64,000 nt of DNA from Bacteroidales bacterium (GTDB lineage: Bacteria > Bacteroidota > Bacteroidia > Bacteroidales > ML635J-15), in the NCBI GenBank assembly GCA_017651185.1, contig JAGCDJ010000019.1:265726-329725 (forward strand), written 5' to 3'. A program made the translations under genes and the position numbers. The notes under the pieces are model-generated. The model saw only the letters and a program-made list of their open reading frames with translations, was not told where the DNA came from and did no database searches. This document shows positions 59,060 to 64,000 of the stretch, piece by piece (position 1 is the first letter of the stretch; every line of letters begins with the position of its first letter).

Positions 59060-61186
59060 ATGGCATCAAAATTTAAGTGCGAACAGTTATGGAATGGTAA
59101 AACTATTATCACCAATGACAGGGATCAATTCAAACTCAGCAGCAAAGACTTCCGTAAATACTTTTTGGAAGACCCCAAATACCGTTGCCAGATTGATTCT
59201 ATACAAGAGAGAAAATGTGGCAATGGAATGTACATTTTTGACATAAAATACAAAATCACACCAAAAATCGTCCATCTTGTTTACCAAGACATAAGATCAG
59301 GTGATAATGACATGAATAACCAAAAACGCTTTCAAATTGCCAAGATAGACATTTCCCCTAACGAACCCTATTTCTATGTTGGAGGGTATTACACAGGTGA
59401 CAATGCATTGCTCGTTTCAATTGTGACTCATATTCGCGAAATAAATGAGGGGTTGTCATCCACCTCCTCCTCACTATGGTTGGAATGGAACAATATTAAA
59501 GATATATATATAAATGGAATTGGAATGTGGAACCAGAAGTTCAGAAAAGACATCAACTATACAGCCATAGGTTGCAGCAGTGCGAAATATGACTTTCTGC
59601 ACAATGTATTTATCTCCCGTTCTCTGGATCATTATGTTCCGATATGTGTTCCTGCTATACCTAGAAAATCTTTCACGCAAGTTGTGTTTTACGGAGCACC
59701 TGGAGGGGGAAAATCCCACAGAGCAAAGGAGGAAACTGCCAACAAGGAGGTTTACCGCATCACATTTCACCCTGATACCGACTATGCTGCGTTTGTAGGA
59801 TCGTATAAACCAGTACCAAAAGTCATCGGTGGAGTAGAGAAGATTTCGTACGAATTTGTTCCGCAAGTTTTCACCATGGCATACATTGATGCATGGAAAC
59901 GGCATCTTCAGTCTGGTGATGACGCCAAAGAAGTGTGCCTGTTGATTGAAGAACTCAATAGAGGTAACTGTGCTCAAATATTTGGAGACCTGTTCCAGTT
60001 GCTTGACAGGACAAAAAAAGCATTCTCAGAATATTCGGTTCTTCCGTCAGCCGAATTGACACAATACATTAGAGGACAAATGACAGACGGAGAGTTTGAG
60101 TTGTACTACAAAGAAATAAGGGAAAACAGTGACCGTACAGATTCCGATGGTTATTGCATTCCCGAATGGGATAGTACTAATATCAGTAACAACAAACTTT
60201 ATATTTGTCTACCACCCAACTTCTCCATCGTATGCACAATGAATACTAGCGACCAGAGTCTATTTCCAATGGACACAGCTTTCAAGCGTCGCTGGGATTG
60301 GAAGTATGTGCCGATTAATTATAATTGCGAAAAATCAGAATTCAAGATTATTGTCGATGACGCTCATATTTACGAATGGTGCGAGTTTCTAAAAAAAATC
60401 AATGAGAAAATATATGACAAAACTAAGTCAGAAGATAAACAGATGGGAAATTTCTTCGTGACAGGAGATGAAAATCTTGAGGTAAGTTGCGAGCAATTCG
60501 TTTCCAAAGTAATGTTTTATCTATGGAACGAGATATGTAAGGACAATCTGAAGATACAAAAAGAACTGTACGTAAGTCTTATTGACAATGACCAAGGTCA
60601 ACAATTAGAGAATTTCACCTTCAACATGCTATTTTCTCCCAGACGAGTTGAATTGTTAGTAGGATTCATGAAAAACAACGGTATTGAAAACATTGCTGAA
60701 TTCAACGAAATGACCGACTTGTCTGAAACAGAAGGAGAAACCGAAAAAGAACGTATGGAACATGAAATCTATTTTGATGAGTTTATTGAATACCTCAATA
60801 AGCATAATTCATCACCGTTCGATACATTCAAAACAACATTCCCAGAAACATACAAGAATCTCAATAACGGTTTTGGTATACATCCAGATTTTGGCGGATG
60901 GATAAAACTATCTCGTAATAAAAATGCGAACTTTGTATGCTATGGAAACTCTTATGTCGAAATAATGAGTGATATTTTTGATAATCACGGAGATGATATC
61001 AAAAATGAATTGGATATTCCCAAGGTTAAAGACACAAACAAACCTTCAGATTCATGTTGGCAATTTACAGACAAGCATGGACAGGCAAAACTGGCATCTA
61101 AACATTCCCTTAACAAGGAAGAAGAGTACAAATGGTTTGTAGAAGAAGCATTAGCATTCAAAAAAGCATTTGAAAAATATATATAA
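59060..61186 (+). CDS. McrB-like AAA+ (GTPase-type) restriction subunit with unassigned N- and C-terminal domains (LlaJI.R1-like)
   Basis: Walker A FYGAPGGGKS. The McrB-type segment CLLIEELNRGNCAQIFGDLFQLLDR, and MNTSDQSLFPMDTAFKRRW. I set the start at the first ATG (MASKF). Confidence 0.75.
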   Translation: MASKFKCEQLWNGKTIITNDRDQFKLSSKDFRKYFLEDPKYRCQIDSIQERKCGNGMYIFDIKYKITPKIVHLVYQDIRSGDNDMNNQKRFQIAKIDISPNEPYFYVGGYYTGDNALLVSIVTHIREINEGLSSTSSSLWLEWNNIKDIYINGIGMWNQKFRKDINYTAIGCSSAKYDFLHNVFISRSLDHYVPICVPAIPRKSFTQVVFYGAPGGGKSHRAKEETANKEVYRITFHPDTDYAAFVGSYKPVPKVIGGVEKISYEFVPQVFTMAYIDAWKRHLQSGDDAKEVCLLIEELNRGNCAQIFGDLFQLLDRTKKAFSEYSVLPSAELTQYIRGQMTDGEFELYYKEIRENSDRTDSDGYCIPEWDSTNISNNKLYICLPPNFSIVCTMNTSDQSLFPMDTAFKRRWDWKYVPINYNCEKSEFKIIVDDAHIYEWCEFLKKINEKIYDKTKSEDKQMGNFFVTGDENLEVSCEQFVSKVMFYLWNEICKDNLKIQKELYVSLIDNDQGQQLENFTFNMLFSPRRVELLVGFMKNNGIENIAEFNEMTDLSETEGETEKERMEHEIYFDEFIEYLNKHNSSPFDTFKTTFPETYKNLNNGFGIHPDFGGWIKLSRNKNANFVCYGNSYVEIMSDIFDNHGDDIKNELDIPKVKDTNKPSDSCWQFTDKHGQAKLASKHSLNKEEEYKWFVEEALAFKKAFEKYI

Positions 61187-61204
61187 ATTATAATCTAATG
61201 TAGG

Positions 61205-62950
61205 ATGAAAATAATCTTCGAGGACTATTTATACGACTCAGATGTTTTGTGCAGAATACTGCCTAAAGAACTGCTGTCTTTTTCATCTGACGAGAAATTG
61301 GTCAAGACCACCTATGTCGGGTATTTTTATTCGAAAGATTATCAAGATGCTTTTTTTATCCTGCCTAAGGTGTTTATTGATAGTAACGGAAGACCATTTG
61401 GGAAAGACCTTACTAAAGAATATTTCATAGAAAACAGAAACCTTACCGATTGGTTGGGTGAAATCGACGCACAGATTGTATCGCGTTTGTCATTCTGGCT
61501 ATACATGGCAATAGCGAGATATGCAGAAAGAAATTGTGGGACTGAGATTCTGATGAACAGAGACATCCAAGAAATAAAAAGCGTTGGAGAATATGACTGC
61601 ACCACGCTGATTGAAATAATCCAGTCGCTCCGCAAGTTCAACCGCGACCATCAGAGTCTTTTCACATTCATTGCAAAATACAATCGAAGCGGAATCAATA
61701 ATATCTATTGGGGCAAGACAATCTGTTCCGTCCTGCCCTATCTTCAGGATGACACTCCCGTCTATCTAGACTTTGTCAACAAAAAGAAAAACATCAATTT
61801 CGACGAGGAACTTATCGTGCTTTTCTATTCCGTTTTGGAATACCTAAAAGAAAAGTACTTCTTCGAAGAAACCATCAACCTCAACTACAATCTAATCCCA
61901 GTCCACGAGATTGATGCACTGATTGAGGCGGAAATGGGGACTATAATGCTAAACAAGATACGTCACAAGTATTTCACGGATGAACTCGTTCAATTGTGGA
62001 ACCTACTGTATGTGTTCTTTGATAAGGCAGAAAGAATTGCAACCAAGAATTATATAAACGAATGTGTACTTGCAAAATCCTTCAACAACGTCTTCGAGGA
62101 TATGATAGACCAACTTATTAGCGACAACAAACTCACATCATTGAAGAAAAACAAGGATGGGAAAATCATTGACCACTTGTACACGGACAACTCTCTGATT
62201 AACAATGGAAATGTTTATTTCATTGCCGACAGCAAATACTATAAGGACTCTTCTGATCTAGGAGAAACCGCTGTCTACAAGCAGTTTACATACGCAAGAA
62301 ATATTATTCAGCACAACTTGAATCTATATCAAAAGAATCCAAGCGACAAAAACTATTTGCCAGCTATGCGCGATGAACTTACCGATGGATATAACATAGT
62401 CCCAAACTATTTCATACGTGGAAGCGTCATAGACAGCGATGGAAACCTTTATAATTACGAAGACGATGGACTGATAAATGAATTTGATAAAGACCACAAA
62501 GCATCCACTAGCAAACTCGTCAATTTCCATTTTCAAAATAGACTGTTCGATCGCGACACAATGGTACTGCAAACGTACAATATAAATTTTATTTATGTGG
62601 TGGCAAAGTACATTGAAGGTGAAGACGAAATTGTCAAAGCAGAAATACATAAAAAATTTCGGGAAGATCTCATTAATAGATTCGACAATTTGTATCAATT
62701 CTACATACTAAAACCTATAAGTATAAGCACTACGCTTGAAGATGCTCTAAACATGCATTTTCGCCAACTAGCAGGTAAAGTTATTCACCCATTCAAAGAT
62801 GCCGACTACTTAATTCTTGCATTAGAAAAGTGCGAAAATGGCAATACTGAAACAAAATTGACAAAAGTTTCCATAAAAGAGAATGACGAATTACTTAAAA
62901 ATTTGGAGGAAGATTTCTGTGTGTTGCCATCAAAATTGAACGAATTATGA
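61205..62950 (+). CDS. McrC-like / LlaJI.R2-like PD-(D/E)xK nuclease subunit
   Basis: 581 aa with VYFIADSKYYK, resembling the McrC D-x-K-Y-K catalytic motif. Lies 18 nt downstream of the McrB-like gene. Confidence 0.6.
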   Translation: MKIIFEDYLYDSDVLCRILPKELLSFSSDEKLVKTTYVGYFYSKDYQDAFFILPKVFIDSNGRPFGKDLTKEYFIENRNLTDWLGEIDAQIVSRLSFWLYMAIARYAERNCGTEILMNRDIQEIKSVGEYDCTTLIEIIQSLRKFNRDHQSLFTFIAKYNRSGINNIYWGKTICSVLPYLQDDTPVYLDFVNKKKNINFDEELIVLFYSVLEYLKEKYFFEETINLNYNLIPVHEIDALIEAEMGTIMLNKIRHKYFTDELVQLWNLLYVFFDKAERIATKNYINECVLAKSFNNVFEDMIDQLISDNKLTSLKKNKDGKIIDHLYTDNSLINNGNVYFIADSKYYKDSSDLGETAVYKQFTYARNIIQHNLNLYQKNPSDKNYLPAMRDELTDGYNIVPNYFIRGSVIDSDGNLYNYEDDGLINEFDKDHKASTSKLVNFHFQNRLFDRDTMVLQTYNINFIYVVAKYIEGEDEIVKAEIHKKFREDLINRFDNLYQFYILKPISISTTLEDALNMHFRQLAGKVIHPFKDADYLILALEKCENGNTETKLTKVSIKENDELLKNLEEDFCVLPSKLNEL

Positions 62951-62955
62951 CACAA

Positions 62956-63771
62956 TCAATTAGATGAAGTCAATTTCATTGCATGCCAAAACAAACTCAA
63001 CTTAAATCTAACAGAAATACTTTTTACAAAACCGACATACTCAACAGGCACATTATTACGCCTTGCGAGTTCGGAAAACAAAGACGACCTTATAAAAGCA
63101 TTGCGGTCAATTCCATTTCGCCTCCACTCCTCGTTCACCCAATGAATTACGCTCCAATTATCTGGAATGTCGGACCTTCTGGCAAGCATGCCTCGCACTA
63201 AATTCCATGAATCTTCATTGGAGAATGTCTTTACACACGAACCTAGTCCCATAGCATTCACATTGTCAGCAAGAATCTGTATTGGCAGATGCCAGTCGCG
63301 GTTGTTTTCGTCCACCTTTTCAACGGCCTCCAAATAGCATTTTTCCATTAGTGGCGACCCCTTGGGGCATTTCATGACATTGCCAACCAATGGAAGCGTG
63401 TGATGCGAACGGAACACATATTCTTCTTCAAAATCAAGAGGTTTGAGACATGTCACATCCATATCCGTCCACCAACCGCCATGCAAAAAAAGCAACCTGT
63501 AACGGAAAATATCACTGAATCCAGCATAACTGCCTTTCCCATGACCAAACTGGTTGGCAAATCTGTATGAAAAAACCTTGTCGCGTGGGATTATTTCCGA
63601 AGCATCCTTCAGGATTGTTCCCTCTGGTAACTGTGTAGAAATATCATCGTATGCCCAAAGCACAAAATCATGTCCATTGTTTAGATACGACTTTATTGTA
63701 AGCAGTTCACAGGTGGAAAGGCATTTGCCTATCCACATTGCGTTAACCGTTTTGTTGCTCGAATCCATCAA
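62956..63771 (-). CDS. DXD-motif glycosyltransferase (Gly_transf_sug / alpha-1,4-glycosyltransferase-like)
   Basis: N-terminus AMWIGKCLSTCELLTIKSYLNNGHDFVLWAYDD and GGWWTDMDV (DXD). Confidence 0.65.
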   Translation of the reverse strand: MMDSSNKTVNAMWIGKCLSTCELLTIKSYLNNGHDFVLWAYDDISTQLPEGTILKDASEIIPRDKVFSYRFANQFGHGKGSYAGFSDIFRYRLLFLHGGWWTDMDVTCLKPLDFEEEYVFRSHHTLPLVGNVMKCPKGSPLMEKCYLEAVEKVDENNRDWHLPIQILADNVNAMGLGSCVKTFSNEDSWNLVRGMLARRSDIPDNWSVIHWVNEEWRRNGIDRNAFIRSSLFSELARRNNVPVEYVGFVKSISVRFKLSLFWHAMKLTSSN

Positions 63772-63775
63772 AATG

Positions 63776-64000
63776 CTATTCTTTAGACAGCAGCACCTTC
63801 ATTCCATCGGAATCGTTGTATTCCAATGTAATATGATTGTTTTCAGCGACATCGGTCTTTATTATGTACTCTGCAAGCACATCCTCCACATACCGCTGTA
63901 TTGCACGTTTCAGATGACGAGCACCGAATTTCGGATCGTACCCCTTTTCCACGATGAAGTCACGTGCCGACTGTGAAATTTCAAGCGAAAATCCCATGTC
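63776..64000 (-). CDS. Clp/Hsp100-family ATPase, C-terminal D2-small domain only (gene continues past the right edge)
   Basis: ...IVEKGYDPKFGARHLKRAIQRYVEDVLAEYII. The frame stays open through position 64000. Confidence 0.8.
   Translation of the reverse strand, partial: DMGFSLEISQSARDFIVEKGYDPKFGARHLKRAIQRYVEDVLAEYIIKTDVAENNHITLEYNDSDGMKVLLSKE

Overview
This 64-kb window looks like a chromosomal segment of a Bacteroidota (Bacteroidales-like) genome. Supporting signs are a T9SS C-terminal sorting-domain cargo protein, a TonB-dependent receptor, a 286-aa primary sigma factor, many lipoprotein signal peptides, and TAnnTTTG -7 promoter boxes upstream of many genes. I count about 58 protein-coding genes. 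I recognised no rRNA, tRNA, CRISPR array, transposase or integrase. The housekeeping backbone is murF/alr (partial), tdk, an M28 peptidase, rsmI, an arginine-deiminase-like gene, rpoD, nnr, a LytS/LytTR two-component pair, an SPFH protein, nrnA, three FKBP isomerases, nadD, yfhO, hutI, a DUF721 gene, a DUF349 gene, a TonB-dependent receptor, pyrG, yidC, korAB, gyrB and the 3' end of a Clp ATPase. Four accessory patches interrupt it. (1) 2.1-7.6 kb is a defence-island-like cluster. It holds an AAA+ ATPase with a PD-(D/E)xK tail bracketed by a 67-nt direct repeat, a translationally coupled DUF3791-DUF3990-DUF3791 triad, a roughly 175-nt candidate structured RNA, an EcoRI-family adenine methyltransferase, a DUF262(DGQQR)-HNH nuclease, and REP-like repeats. 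(2) 10.8-20.1 kb carries six tandem RsiV-like (DUF4163/DUF3298) paralogs, four with lipoprotein-type signal peptides, followed by a His/Cys-rich membrane permease, a G-free nested 7/10/20-nt tandem-repeat block, a lipoprotein and a BspA-type LRR protein. (3) 20.1-21.0 kb is a second, diverged DUF3791-DUF3990-DUF3791 triad on the opposite strand. (4) 57.8-63.0 kb is an m5C methyltransferase + McrB-like AAA+ + McrC/LlaJI.R2-like nuclease island, plus an orphan DXD glycosyltransferase, wedged between gyrB and clp. All calls rest on motifs read by eye from the translations and on hand-checked coordinates. No database search was run.
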